Shown: positions 1 to 13,197 of the stretch, in pieces | Position numbering within the stretch: the first letter of the stretch is position 1 | Layout of the letters: each line of letters opens with the position of its first letter | From: Eledone cirrhosa | Taxonomy: Eukaryota | Reading direction: 5' to 3' | DNA length: 64,000 bases | Assembly (NCBI GenBank): GCA_964016885.1 | Contig: OZ024742.1 | Coordinates: forward strand, 52,762,001 to 52,826,000 | Notes under the pieces: model-generated | Database searches by the model: none | Told to the model about the DNA's origin: nothing | Seen by the model: only the letters and a program-made list of their open reading frames with translations | Position numbers and translations under genes: made by a program

Positions 1-678
1 ACACACACACAAGCAAGACAGCAACACACGCACGCACACCCACACACAGTAGCATTCCACCATACGAACATACTACACTGCTAATACAGACGAATGAGGC
101 AACAACACACGAACACACACACTCAAGCGAGACAACAACACACGCACACACACACACACACACACACAGTAACATTCACCAAACAGGCAGAGAATACTAT
201 CACAACCACACACTATTCAACAGGGCAGATAATACAATGGACTGACAGCTACCTCCACCCACTCCCACAATTGAAAGAACTATTTCGGCCGCCGACCTCT
301 GCTTGACAGACCCCATTTCACGCGCACGCGCGCTCTGCTGAATACCTCAGCTATTCAAAACAACGAACAGCGGAGGGCGCGTTTCGCACCTTTTCGACAG
401 ACAACCTTCCCCTTGATGGATGTGAATCCGAAATATATAGGGACAATTAAATCTCTCCCAAGGTAACTCTCTCTCGTGTTATTAATTTTATCCTTTACGC
501 TCTTACCTACATTCTTCTACACGCTACACATCTCAACCTACATTCACTTACATCTCTCTCCCCACCACCGGATCTTGTTACCCGGAGATTTACCCATCTG
601 CATTGTTGAGGCTACCAAAACGACCTAAAGAAATATACCTTATTATTCCACAATTCTTCAAGCAAACTTCAATACTCG

Positions 679-680
<2 letters not shown>
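1..680 (+). mobile_element. Probable PLE 3' tail/pLTR remnant
   Basis: AC-rich tail, degenerate hammerhead-like motif at about 408-455 (ttgat GGAT gtga ATCC GAAA tatat aggg), ends in (TA)n like the other PLE tails here. Confidence 0.4.
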
Positions 681-732
<52 letters not shown>

Positions 733-736
<4 letters not shown>

Positions 737-925
737 AGAAGAGTCAGGATCCCGACGACTGAGCGCCGGCCGTTTCGACAGCTATGATCAAAAATAGCTG
801 CCGAAACGGCCGGAGCTCAGCCGTCGGGGTCCTAACCTTTTTCCTATTACCCGCTCTACTACCCATAGTATCGAGTACTCTGGTCTGTTATGGTCCACCT
901 GGTTCCTTACCACACTTCCTTCGTT
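733..925. mobile_element. Palindromic PLE-terminal fragment (related copies at 11310-11475, 26198-26330, 27810-27865)
   Basis: Hairpin arms at about 748-784 and 796-833; shared GAAACGGC..GAGCTCAGCCGTCGGGGTC motif; (TA)n on both sides. Confidence 0.65.
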
Positions 926-1860
926 TTATATATATATATATGTGTGTGTGTGTGTGCGTGTGTTTATGTGTCTATATACATATATATATGTTTGTATACA
1001 TACATATATATGTGTGTGTGTGTGTGTATATTTATGTATGTATGTATATATGTATATATATGTATGTGTGTGTGTTGTAACGCTTAAAGGAGGAACTGGA
1101 TTTACGCTGTAGTAGATAGTAGGGCTTTTGATTCCGTTCATTTAACACAAGTACACATACACACTCATGCGTTCAGATACAAAGCTACATATACATATGC
1201 ATAAACACACCCGCACACACACGCTTTTGTGAATACAGATACACACACAGACAATATCAAGCGCATACAGAGGCATACACACATAATATAAAAATACTTG
1301 TTTCTTTTTCTTTGTTTGCTCAATTCATTTTTCATATAAATTAAACAACAGCACCACCATCAACCCTCCTCCATCATAGCACCACCAACACTCCCTCAGT
1401 AAAAGAAAAACAACAATAGAAGAACAACAAAAACAAGAGTTTACAAAGTGTAATTAAAGTGATATAAAACCTAAAACAAAAGTGAAGGAAAAATAAACAA
1501 TACCTACCCCAACTGTTATATTCCAACAAAATATTTCTTTACAAAGGTGAAACACGAAACAAAACATATTATTACTGAATAACTACAGGGCCAATAATTG
1601 GAAAGAAAATAGTATCTCAAACATTATTGATGATTGTTGATGTCCTCATATCAGCAACCTTCTAAATTGAGAATGAAATCCAATGCCTACAGTAACCATG
1701 TTATCATCTTTCACCAAACATTCCATGATTAATAGGCCTTTCTGCTCCGAATGTCACAGTATTTTAAAATGTTTCTAGTGATCGACAAAAACAACAAACA
1801 AAAAAATAATACCCAATGCTCATTTGAATTATGATGCAAATGTGTCCTATATATATATAA

Positions 1861-1927
<67 letters not shown>

Positions 1928-2254
1928 CACCCACCCACCCATACATATATATACATATATACATATAAACATATATATATATATATATATACATATATAT
2001 ATACATATATATATATACATAAAAATATATATATATATATATACATATCATTAGGAATGGTTTCTAAAGTGGAACGATAGGGAGCCCCATTTAAAAAAGA
2101 TGCTCGACACATTAGTAAAAAATGTACATATATATTTCATATAGAAATAACTTGTACAGGACTAGAGGTGTTTCATTTTTTAATGAATTCCCAAAAATGA
2201 AAGACTTTTATTCCAGTAAAACTCATATATATATATATATAAATACACACACAG

Positions 2255-2347
<93 letters not shown>

Positions 2348-2424
2348 TATATATATATATAAATGTCGGTTCCATACCTTTATATATATATGTGTGTGTG
2401 TGTCTGTGTGTGTCTGTGTGTGTC

Positions 2425-2455
<31 letters not shown>

Positions 2456-2579
2456 GAGTTTTACTGATTTCTCCCGCATGAAACAGTTCTAGTCGTGTAG
2501 AAGCCTTTCTATATTAAATATATATATAAAAGAAGCAACCCTTCTCAAGAGTATAGTGATGTATTAAGAATCTTTCTCG

Positions 2580-3530
2580 AATTTATGAGGGAAGCGATTT
2601 GGGTGAATTATGTGTAATATTAGGTCACATGTTGATGCTGGTCATTTCCTTCAGCCACTACTTGTAGCAGGCGGTCAAAGTGAGATCGTGCAAAAGCATA
2701 TTGCATAGGGATAGGCTGGTGGTGATAGAACGGGAGTGGCTGGAGTTGCGGTTGATGTATAGCCGGGATTCATTGGGGTTCCTATACACATAGTATAATC
2801 TGGTTTCAAGATTCAGAGTAACGTCCAGGATGTCGACTGAACTCAGGTGATATTAGCTCTTAATCTTGAATTCCAAGCCGTTCATATGACATCCGCTAAA
2901 TCACTGGCTCCCATGCTCATGTCAAAGAGGTTATCGGGGGACTGTCTGGATAATCCCGCATATAGAGTATTCTATCGTAGTGTACGTCCGGACGAAGATC
3001 AATGCGCTCTTCAATATGGGCAGGGGGATCGAAGCGTAATAATCCTCGATGACGAATTGAAGGAACTTCGTCCTCTTTTAGTAGTATATCTGTCAGAACC
3101 AGTCGATGAATTTGGTCGTTTATCCAAAGATTAAGGCGCGAATGTATCTTTACCTGGATATAATGCGATCCGTCCATGCGGTAGGTTTATAAGGTGTATA
3201 TTTGGGTTGCGGTTAAATTCCACTTGTGTTCCTTCAGTGTGAAATACGGTTTCCGTGGACTAAGGGGTTCGGTATGGTCAAGTATTTTGTGGTCCGATTG
3301 AATCCTATTGCTTCGTTTTGTTAATGTTGTTATTAGTTGAATGGTTGGTATTTCTGTATTTTGGTGTACGGTTATTGCTGATGAAGTGGTGGTAGGGTTC
3401 ATGGTCGATGAGGTACAGGTTGCTCGTTTCATCCAAGTGTACCTGGAGGTGGATCGAGGCTTTAAGTTGTGTGGTATGTTGTCTGAGTTTCCTCTGGAAT
3501 TCGTTGGTTTGTTTTTTTAACTTAAGGAGA
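2580..3530 (-). mobile_element. Degenerate PLE reverse transcriptase fragment
   Basis: Minus translation SVDILDVTLNLETRLYYVYRNPNESRLYIN parallels VVNFLDVTLNLNTGQIRPFHKMNENLTYIN of 23791-25185; upstream PYFTLKEHK resembles the PLE LKDHK motif. Confidence 0.75.
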
Positions 3531-3839
3531 AGAGCTCTGTGTGTGAGTTTGTTTGCACACGCGCGCGCGCGCGTGTGTGTGCGTGTGTGTGTTTGCTTGT
3601 TTCTATATATATATATTATTGAATAAACTGACAAGAGGCCGGACTGGTGAAATTCATTCAAAGATTTATTATAGCAAACACTATGTACATTTCAGTGACC
3701 ACCTTCGAAGGTGGTCATTGAAACTGACAACTGGCCACCTTCGAGTCAAAAACATTTTTCTCTGGTTTTTTTTTTAGCCTCTTGGATTGTGTTTACAATT
3801 ATTCTTTTATTATAACTTTTATGCAATAAACACCTGACG

Positions 3840-4862
3840 ATACTCAAAAACTCAGCAAGGTCCAATAGTGCTAAGTTTAATATTCTGATCGCAGACTTGG
3901 TAAGAGTGATGAAGAATGTGTCCCGTATGTGCGACCCAACTGATATGGAAAGACACATGCAACACTTCATCAACGGCATCCGGTTCTCTGGCTACAACCA
4001 AAGAGACAAAATCAGAGTATACAAAAGAACGTATAAGACCCTCATAGAAATGAACATATAAGACCCTCATAGAAATGGACATGAAAGGAATTTGCCCATT
4101 ATACAGGAGCAATTTATGGAATAGCTTAGATAGGACTAAACATCAGATAGGGAAAGCCACTTCATGGTACGACAACCAGAGATGCCAGAGTGTCATGTTC
4201 GTGGATGCTACCCGTGGAGGGAAGTTAGCTAATCAATGTAGAAAAGCCCTAAGAAAGACCCATTTAAAGATTAAAGTGGTAGAAAAGCCAGGAACTACCA
4301 TAAAATCCCTGATCAGCAAAACATACCCCTTTAAGAAAAACCCACTGTACAAATAAGAAATGTGTTATATGTAAAATGAACCCCCAGATAAATTGTAAAA
4401 CTAAAAATGTAATCTATAGCATAAGATATACAGAGGGTACTTGTAGAAACATGACAACGACATACATAGGTGAGACAGCTCGAAGCATAGAAGAAAGAAT
4501 AGACCAATACTGGGGGGAAATAAAAAGACAAAAAGCGGTTAAGTACTATACGAACACGCCAGACAAAGACATGACGGTAACATAGACAGCATAGAAATTA
4601 AAATCATATCTAAACAAAGAAATGACTCAACAGGTAGGGAAATCAGAGAAGCAACTGCGATAGAACTAAGAAGACCGAAGTTGAACAAAAAGACCGAATA
4701 GAATAACAACAACAACCATACCCAAACAAACAATACTGACTTAAGGGAAATATAAATAAATAAATAAATAAAAATAAAAATGGCGTAGACATACAATATA
4801 ACAGGAGGAAACATAATAGTACCACTGAGGATGTTGCAGATATGCAACGAAAAAACTTTGAT

Positions 4863-4939
<77 letters not shown>

Positions 4940-5150
4940 GTATTTTTAACCGCTGGTCAATCAATGATAAACATTGATTGCCAAATAAATTAACTATGGA
5001 GATATAAAAGATACAGAAGAGAAAACCAACCAAACAGTGACTGTGTTTCGTTATTATTTCTGGCAATATTACAACAATATGACCCTCCCCAAGTATAACA
5101 ATATTTGTTTCAACACACGATTTCATATCAAAAACCTTGCAAAACAATAT
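3840..5150 (+). mobile_element. 5'-truncated PLE, RT thumb + GIY-YIG, frameshifted; diverged relative of 21139-23600
   Basis: ILIADLVRVMKNVSRMC and NVIYSIRYTEGTC...YIGETARS; hammerhead motif at 4821-4862. Confidence 0.85.
4821..4862 (+). ncRNA. Minimal type I hammerhead ribozyme motif
   Basis: CTGAGGA-t-GTTGCA-gata-TGCAAC-GAAA; stems I and III weak. Confidence 0.55.
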
Positions 5151-5199
5151 ATATATATAATGAATGTAATCTGAATTTTTCGAATATTAATAATTGTTT

Positions 5200-5372
5200 C
5201 TATTTTTGGCAAAAGGCCAGCAATTTCCCAGTACATTACTGGTACTTTATTTTATAAACCCCGTAAGGATGAAAGGCAAAGTTAACCTCGGCGGGATTTG
5301 AACTCAGATCATAAAGGGACGTAACTCTATGCATCAAAGCATGGTGTCCGACTCTCTACCGATACTGCCATC
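5200..5372 (-). mobile_element. tRNA-derived SINE with Deu/Nin-like central domain
   Basis: Minus strand: TGGCAGTATCGG A-box, GAGTTCAAATC B-box, GCCTTTCATCCTTACGGGG..GTACCAG core. Confidence 0.8.
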
Positions 5373-7379
5373 GATTCGTTTGCAATTATGCAAACAGCCT
5401 CTTTTTTTAAAGTAGAATGAGCCCCTCATTCTTGCTCTTGTGTTGGCAAGTAAACAGAACTAATGTGTCTGGGTATTACCCATCATCAGTACAGTTCACT
5501 ATTCACCTGCCAACTGTCGGAGTTAGTGAAAATATATGATATTTTCTAAAATATATAGTGACTGATCGGCCTGATTTGCATATTAGCAGATCCACTGATC
5601 AGCCAAATTTGCATATCAGCAGACTGGCCAGTCAGTTTCCTGTATACGAGCGATTAATGGCCGGCTTTGCCATATTCAAATAAAAAAAAAAGATTTTCGC
5701 TCTACATGGCTGCACACCATAAATGTAATGTGAGTTCTTCGAATATTAATAATAATATTCGATTCGTTTACAATTATGCAAACAGCCTCTTTTTTTAAAC
5801 CATGTTAGTAGAATGCGCCCCTCATTCTTGCTCTTGTGTTGGCATGTAAACAGAACTGCAGACACTAATGTTTCTAGGTATTACCCTTCATCAGTATAGT
5901 TCACTGTTCATCTTTTTTTTATATATATCATGTATATATAAATATATATACTTTACTTTTTATACATACGCCCACAGAACCAAACAATATTATATATAAA
6001 TGTTCATGTATATTTATTGGTGCGTGTGTTTAGATATATGTGAATGTGATTAAGTGTATGTTTGTTTCTTTTTTTATATGTGTACATATGTATCTGCGAT
6101 TGCAGTAATATGATTAATTTCTTTGGCTTCCACAAGGAGAAAGAAGATAACTCAATTTTAAAATCAAAATATTGTACTGTAGCTCTAATATATTCTAAAT
6201 TCCAGGCACTTGCTGCTTTCTCTTGTATACTTTATATTTTCTCTCGTTCCTTTTATAAATATTAAGGATAAACCTAAATTTAATGCTTCCAGGAAATTAA
6301 TAAGAATACTTAATCTGTAAACCTGTAAACAGTGTTTTATTAACGAAAATATAGTTCAAATAAATCAAAACTGCACTAGATTCACTTCACATTCAGAGAT
6401 ACATATATTTGCCTCCGAACAATAACATATTTTAAGGTTTAAAGTATGTGTTAAGATAAACACATGTAATCATTAATATGTCTCAAAATTTTAGAGTAAA
6501 GAAATATTAATAGATCTTTTACCGTACTTCGTCTAGTCATTAAGCATTAACGCCGTTGCCTTATTAATTGTGATACAATTGAATAGAAAAATAAAGCTTC
6601 CTGGAATAAATGCGCTAGTTCATGTTCCTTTGTTTCGTTCTCAGACAAAGGGGAAGTCTTGGAATATTACATTCGGCTCACGATATGACTTTGAACTCTC
6701 ACTATCTTCCAAGAAATCCCCATAACCTAAACTACCCACATTCCGCGATTTATCTTGTCAATGACTTCATTGAGAATTTCAATAGTATTTTTCCTTAATC
6801 TGCTACTCTCCCCGTGCATTCCTTAATTTCAGTTCTTATTTAGTCCTAAATTCTTCCCTCGTTTAGCCTCATATATGACAATATCTGTAGAGCGTGTTAT
6901 TTAGTTCTGAATTCCTATCTCACCGAGGACAGTTTTGCCTCTCATTTTTCTATAGTCAATAAAAATGAAGTATCAATTAATTACTCAGGTCAATTTAATC
7001 GAGTTACCTCTTTCCTAAAATCATTATATAATATCCTCGCAAGAAGTTTCAGAAAATTTACGAAAATCTTCTTTGGACCATTTACATCATATCTATATGC
7101 ATCTCTTTCCAACATCTCAGATCAACTATCTAAGACGAGTTATAACTAGATCATAACAGCCGTTGATCCAACAATTACTTATGATCATTTATAAATATTG
7201 CTCCTAAGAGCAATAATTGTTAATATGAATCAGTCAAGTTGTGGTTAATGGGTGTGTGTTAGTGGTGTTATATAGTAGTGCGAGTGGTAATTATGGTGAT
7301 GTGGATAATGAAAGTTCAATATTTTGCTATATAAGGATAAAAATCAGACAGAGAGTGGCAGAGAGAAACAGATAGAGAG

Positions 7380-9656
7380 AAACAGAATAATAGATATATT
7401 TCTTTATTTTCCACAAGGGCACACTAGAAAAGGGGACAATACAAAGACACATGGCGGAGATTTTACATACAGTCGTGTAAAAATATTGAAACAAGCAATT
7501 ATAACAATCGAAATCCCCAATAGGGGGAGGTGCCACAAATGGGTTGTTTAATAGCCCGTCGATAGAACAACCCTCAACTCCAGGAGCGTGTTGTGCAACT
7601 GCTCCTTCCTAGCCATGTTGGTGAAGAAGAGTTGGAGAAAAATGGCGAAAGTGCACTTACATTTTCGTTTCCTGGAGATCGGGTTGTTCAATCTCCATTT
7701 GGGTGCTGGATGGGGTGTTGGGTGGGGTGGAGAAACATTTTAACAGGACGCGGTTGATGGGTTTCTGGCAGGAGTTGCCCACGTTCTGTGAAAATTTATT
7801 TTTTAGGTTATTATAGAAACCCTTATAAGTTTAAGGTGTGGAGACGATTCTGCCTTGACGAAAGTTTTGCCCTCCGTCTCCACCTTGGGGTTTTGGGAGA
7901 TGACCTCCATCAAATTCTTGTTGTTTGTGTTGATGTATGCGTATTGTTGTTTGTGTTTTTGTTGTGTTGTTTTAGTTTGTTGTTCGTCCGGGAGTTTTCT
8001 TTTTATGGTGGGTGCTTGTGTTTGAGGTGGTGTTGGTGTTGGTTTTGCTGATAGGGGGATGTTTGACTGTGGTGTTGTTTGTGTTGTTGTTTGTGTCTGT
8101 GGTTGTGTGTTGGTGTTGGTGATTGTAGTTTTGGGGGTTTTGTGGTGTCTCTTTTTTTGTTTTTTTAGATTTCCGCGGCTCTCCCTCTTCTTCACTTAAA
8201 GAAGGAGAAGCAGCTTCATCCGTCGATGAATAATCATCGTCAGGTGTGTGGGTAAGGGTATGTTGTGTGGTGGTGGTGTTTCGGTGTGTGTGTTTGTGGT
8301 AGTGTTTGATGGAGTGGGATGGGGTGGGGCTGTGTTCTTCAGGGGTGTTGTCTGTGTTTTTTCTGTTGTTGTTGGTTGGGTGTGGTTGCTCGTTTCGTCT
8401 GTCGTTGCACTTGTGGTGGTGGTGGTTGTTTTTGGTGTTGGTGTTGGTAATAGTGTTTTTTTAATGATGTTGTTGTGTGTTTGTGAAGGACAAGATGCTT
8501 TTAGGCGTACTGTGCTACCACAGCGAAAGCAATGAAATTTTCGACCTTCTACCGAAATGTTTATTTTGTTGTTATCATCGATGACAACTCTTTCGGGTAT
8601 TTTGGAGATTCTCTCCGGCCTCCATTGCAACAGAATCTCCAAATCAGTACCCGCCCACCTTTGTCGAATAGACTTTCGTATCGAAAGAATCATATCCGTT
8701 TCTGGCTCTACGAAGCCAGCCAAGATCCACCAGATGTTAATGTTTGGGGGTATATTTTTTATTTTTATTTTTGTGTCCTTTTTCCAATGTATGTAGGGAA
8801 AAAGGTGAATGCTTTTGACACCATTGGTGTCACAGAATGTTTTGGGGCTAGTGCCTCGCTTTTAAACAGTACGGAAACACTTCCGTACTGTTTTCCTCGT
8901 TGGAGAAAATCGATATTTGCTAGAATTTCCTTGAAAGTAGCTTCCATATCTGCTTGACTAACAAAAATCGGCTTTCTCGTGGAATTGGACACAGTCCTAA
9001 AGGTGCCTGATCTTCGAACTGTGTCTTCCTTTATTTGAAGGGGTGAGTTAATTCTAAACCCACCTTTCTCTTTGAAAGTTACAAATTTTCTCCCTTGCTG
9101 GAGTATATCTCTTACATTGGAGATGTCAAGATTTATAAAATCTTGTTTTTTGTTCACTGTTTCAGCGAAAGACATTTTCTTTTTTTGTGTGGTGGTGGTG
9201 TTGCTGTTGTTATTGTTATCGTTGTTAGCCTCGGTGTTGGAAATCTCAGTTCCTTGAGGAGGTGAAACTTTATGTGTAGATGTATCTGTGGAGTTGTTGG
9301 TGTCTTTTTCATTTGTATGTATGTTAATAGGTTTAATTTCTGTGTGTTCATGTGAGTTAGTGTTATTTTTCTCCGCTTCGGCGGTAGAAATTGTACAATT
9401 TTCGAGTGCTAACATTTTTTCCTCTTTGTTGACAGTCGTATCTATGGCGACGTCCATAGTAGCAGAAGCAGATACAACGTTAAAATCTGCCTCTTTCTCT
9501 CTCTTTTCTCTATTGACGTTCTCCAGCGTTCCCTTCGTGCTATTCATGTTTTATAGTTTGCAAAGTATGATATTTTAAAACAATTTTTAAATTAAATGTC
9601 GCCCCTAAACGGACGAAAAGTGGGATTCCCACCCAGCTGACAATTCAGCTTGGGGG
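7380..9656 (-). mobile_element. ORF1-only Tx1/L1-clade derivative
   Basis: ORFs 8765-9547, 8196-8723 and 7803-8195 match ORF1 at 34811-36635 (RGKQYGSVSVLF, WAGTDLEIL, VEGRKFHCFRCGS). It shares the 3'UTR motif CCCCAATAGGGGGAG (7515) and terminus TTTCTTTATT..CCACAAG. No EN or RT. Confidence 0.8.
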
Positions 9657-9764
9657 TTAATCTACAAAATAATATATTTTTTCAAACAATTTGTTCTGTT
9701 TTTCGTATATAAATTTACAAAAAATCTTACCGGCGATGTTCCATGCGTCAGGCAGAAAGAGAGC

Positions 9765-9881
<117 letters not shown>

Positions 9882-10164
9882 CATTATTTACATTATAATA
9901 AAACATTCTTGTACAGATTATTCATTTTATATGCTTTATGGGTAAGCAAAAAATGTGCAGATTTAATATCTGCTGGTTAATACTTTCAGTAAACTCTAAT
10001 ACGGTGGTTTTAAATCCAGCGACGTTTTAAGATTGTTTTTTATTCTAGACAGATATATATACACCTTTTTTATCTCACCTTCTTAGAGTTTGTACTGAAT
10101 GTGAAGAATTCAGAATTTATTTTTATATTTATAAAGCTGACATACCGATGTTTTAATATAATTG

Positions 10165-10300
10165 TTTCTAATTTTGGCACAAGGCCAGAAATTATCCCAG
10201 TACATTACTGGTACTTTATTTTATCGACCTCGTAAGGATGAAAGGTAAAGTAAACCGCGGCGGGATTTTAACTCAGAATGGCAAGGGTCGTAACCGATGT
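10165..10300 (-). mobile_element. SINE, same family as 5200-5372, head-truncated
   Basis: GGCACAAGGCCAG..CAGTACATTACTGGTAC..GGATGAAAGG..GGCGGGATTT. Confidence 0.8.
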
Positions 10301-10704
10301 TTTAATATAATGTCAGAATGTTCAGAGTTATAAATATGATTGTATATACTTTCATTATTTATTAACTTCCTCTCCATAGTATACATGAGCAATATAAATT
10401 GTCGCTGTTTATTAGCAAATTCATCTATCCAAGATTTTCTGTGTTAATCCTACCACAGTTTGTTCAACATCTGGCATCAACATCACCGGCACCATAAACA
10501 ACTCCTATTAATCTTTAATCTTTTGATGAAGGGATTTTATGCCAAAATATAAGGACATATAAGGCACTGCAAGATAAACATCCCAACAGCGTTGTACAGC
10601 TTGTATCTGTGTGTGGATTTATATAGATATTTATATATATGTGGGTGTTTATGTATGCGTGTACGTATGTATTTATATGTATATTTATATATGTATATAT
10701 GTAC

Positions 10705-10780
<76 letters not shown>

Positions 10781-10936
10781 ATATACACTGATACATACCC
10801 ATATATACACATATACATACATACATATATGTGTGTATAAAAAAAATGCCAACATACATATACATATATACATATATATACATATACACTCAGAGTGTAT
10901 ATCTATATATATGTATATGTATGTTGGCATGTATAT

Positions 10937-11300
10937 CATTTATACCATAAACGTGGTTTTGTCTTTGCGTGTAATTGTTATTCTTAACTCTGAAGCCGAG
11001 AATCATTCAGTTTCCTAAATAAAATATTAGTCTACGACTTCATTTATACCATAAACGTGGTTTCGTCTTTGTGTGTAATGGTTCTCACCGCTCCAAATAA
11101 TGACGCTCCAAATTTTTCCGTTCATTGCCACTGAACGTCTCCACGAACCAAAGTATCGTCTTCCTGTTTTCCTTCGGTTGCAACGTTTTTCGAAATATTT
11201 ACTTCTGCGTTCACAGATGATTTTTTTCAGTTTCAGAAGATCCCGTTAAGGGTGAAAGCAGCGATTCTTTGCTTAAACTTTAATCTGTTATTTTAATATA
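10937..11300 (+). repeat. Dispersed repeat with internal sub-repeats; direct copy at about 13630-14097, inverted partial copy at 13372-13492
   Basis: Shared TATACCATAAACGTGGTT units and CAGAAGATCCCGTTAAGGGTGAAAGCAGCG. Confidence 0.8.
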
Positions 11301-11480
11301 TATATATATAACAAAGAAAGTGTGGTGAGAAACCAGGTCGACCATAACGCACCAGAGTACTCGATACTTAGGGTAGTAGAGTTGGTAATAGGAGAAGAGT
11401 CAGGACCCCGACGGGTGAGCTCCGGCCGTTTCGACATCTAACTGTTGAAACGGCCGGTTCTGACTCTTTTCCTATATATA

Positions 11481-11552
<72 letters not shown>

Positions 11553-11767
11553 CATTTCGTTTCTGAATTTGTTTAGCAAGATTCTTTATCTGAAAACGCG
11601 TGTTGAAACCGATATTGTTATACTTTGGGAGGGTCATGTTGCCAATAAGAAACACACGAACCAGTTGCTTTCACTTCAATTTATTATAAATTAAATTTAT
11701 AAATTTAAGAATTTATAAATTTCCGGTTGGTTGGTTGGTTCCACAACCGGACGGTTGTTCATATATT

Positions 11768-11810
11768 GTCAAAGTTCTTTCGCCACACATTCTGTGACCT
11801 CATCAGTGAC
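11768..11810 (-). ncRNA. Minimal type I hammerhead ribozyme motif
   Basis: GTCA-CTGATGA-g-GTCACA..TGTGGC-GAAAG-aa-CTT-TGAC. Confidence 0.7.
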
Positions 11811-13154
11811 TGGGGATTATTTTCTTTGTTTTGTGCATCTCCTTTGTTCTGTCCTACGTCATCTTGTTTTTTTGTGTGTTGTGTGCTTAGTTTGCGCATG
11901 TGTTACATCCGGGTGTCTGTGTGTGTTTTTATTTGTTTATTTATTTGTTTATTTACATGTTACTGGTTGGTTGTTTGTTCTATGTGTGTGTGTGTTTTCA
12001 TTTTGTCCTTAATTGTAAGTTGTGACGTTGCTATTCCATTCATGTTTTCTATTTAATTTTGGTTGGAGTTCATTTATGTTTATTGCCTCTGTGATTTGTC
12101 TAAACATTGCGTCTTTTCTGTGTGTAGATTCTATTTTTATTTCTATGTTCTCTAATTTACCCTTATGTTCTATTTTAGCATGTTGGTGGAGTATTGATTA
12201 TTCTTTTTTATCTTGAAGCTCTCGCCAGTATTCATTTAACCGTTTTCCTGTACTACGAGCTGTCTCACCTATGTACACTATATTCTTATCTTTACATTGT
12301 CCTTCAGTACATCTTATGCTATATACTACATTTCTAGTTTTACAGTTAATATGGGGGCTTAGTTTACAGATTATGTATTTCTTATCTATACAGTGAGTTC
12401 TTTGAAAAGGGTATGTATTGCTAATAATCTTTCTACTATCTTAATATTAAGTTTAAGTTTATTTAGGGCACTTCTAAATTTGTAAGCTAATTCACCTCTA
12501 GGTGAATTAATATTAAGATAGTAGAAAGACCAGGTACCTCCATAAAAACACTTATTAGCCAGACCTCCCTGTATAGATAAGAAATGCATAATCTGTAAAC
12601 TAAGCCCCCATATTAACTGTAAAACTAGAAATGTAGTATATAGCATAAGATGTACTGAAGGACAATGTAAAGATAAGAATATAGTGTACATAGGTGAGAC
12701 AGCTCGTGGTATAGGAGAACGGTTAAATGAACACTGGCGAGAGCTTCAAGATAAAAGAGAATCATCAATACTCCACCAACATGCTAAAATAGAACATAAG
12801 GGCAAATTAGAGAACATAGAAATAAAAATAGAATCTATACACAGAAAAGACGCAATGTTTAGACAAATCACAGAAGCAATAAACATAAATGAACTTAAAT
12901 AGAAAACATGAATGGAATAGCAACATCACAACTTACAATTAAGGACAAAATGAAAACACACACACACACATAGAACAAACAACCAACCAGTAACCATTAA
13001 ATAAACAAATAAATAAACAAATAAATAAACAAATAAAAACACACACAGACATCCGGATGTAACACATGCGCAAACTAAGCACACAACACACAGAAAAACA
13101 AGATGGCGTAGGACAGAACAAAGGAGAGGCACAAAACAAAGAAAATAATCCCTA

Positions 13155-13197
13155 GTCACTGAAGAGGTCACAGAATGTGTGACGAAAGAACTTTGAG
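13155..13197 (+). ncRNA. Minimal type I hammerhead ribozyme motif
   Basis: GTCA-CTGAAGA-g-GTCACA..TGTGAC-GAAAG-aa-CTT-TGA. Confidence 0.65.
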
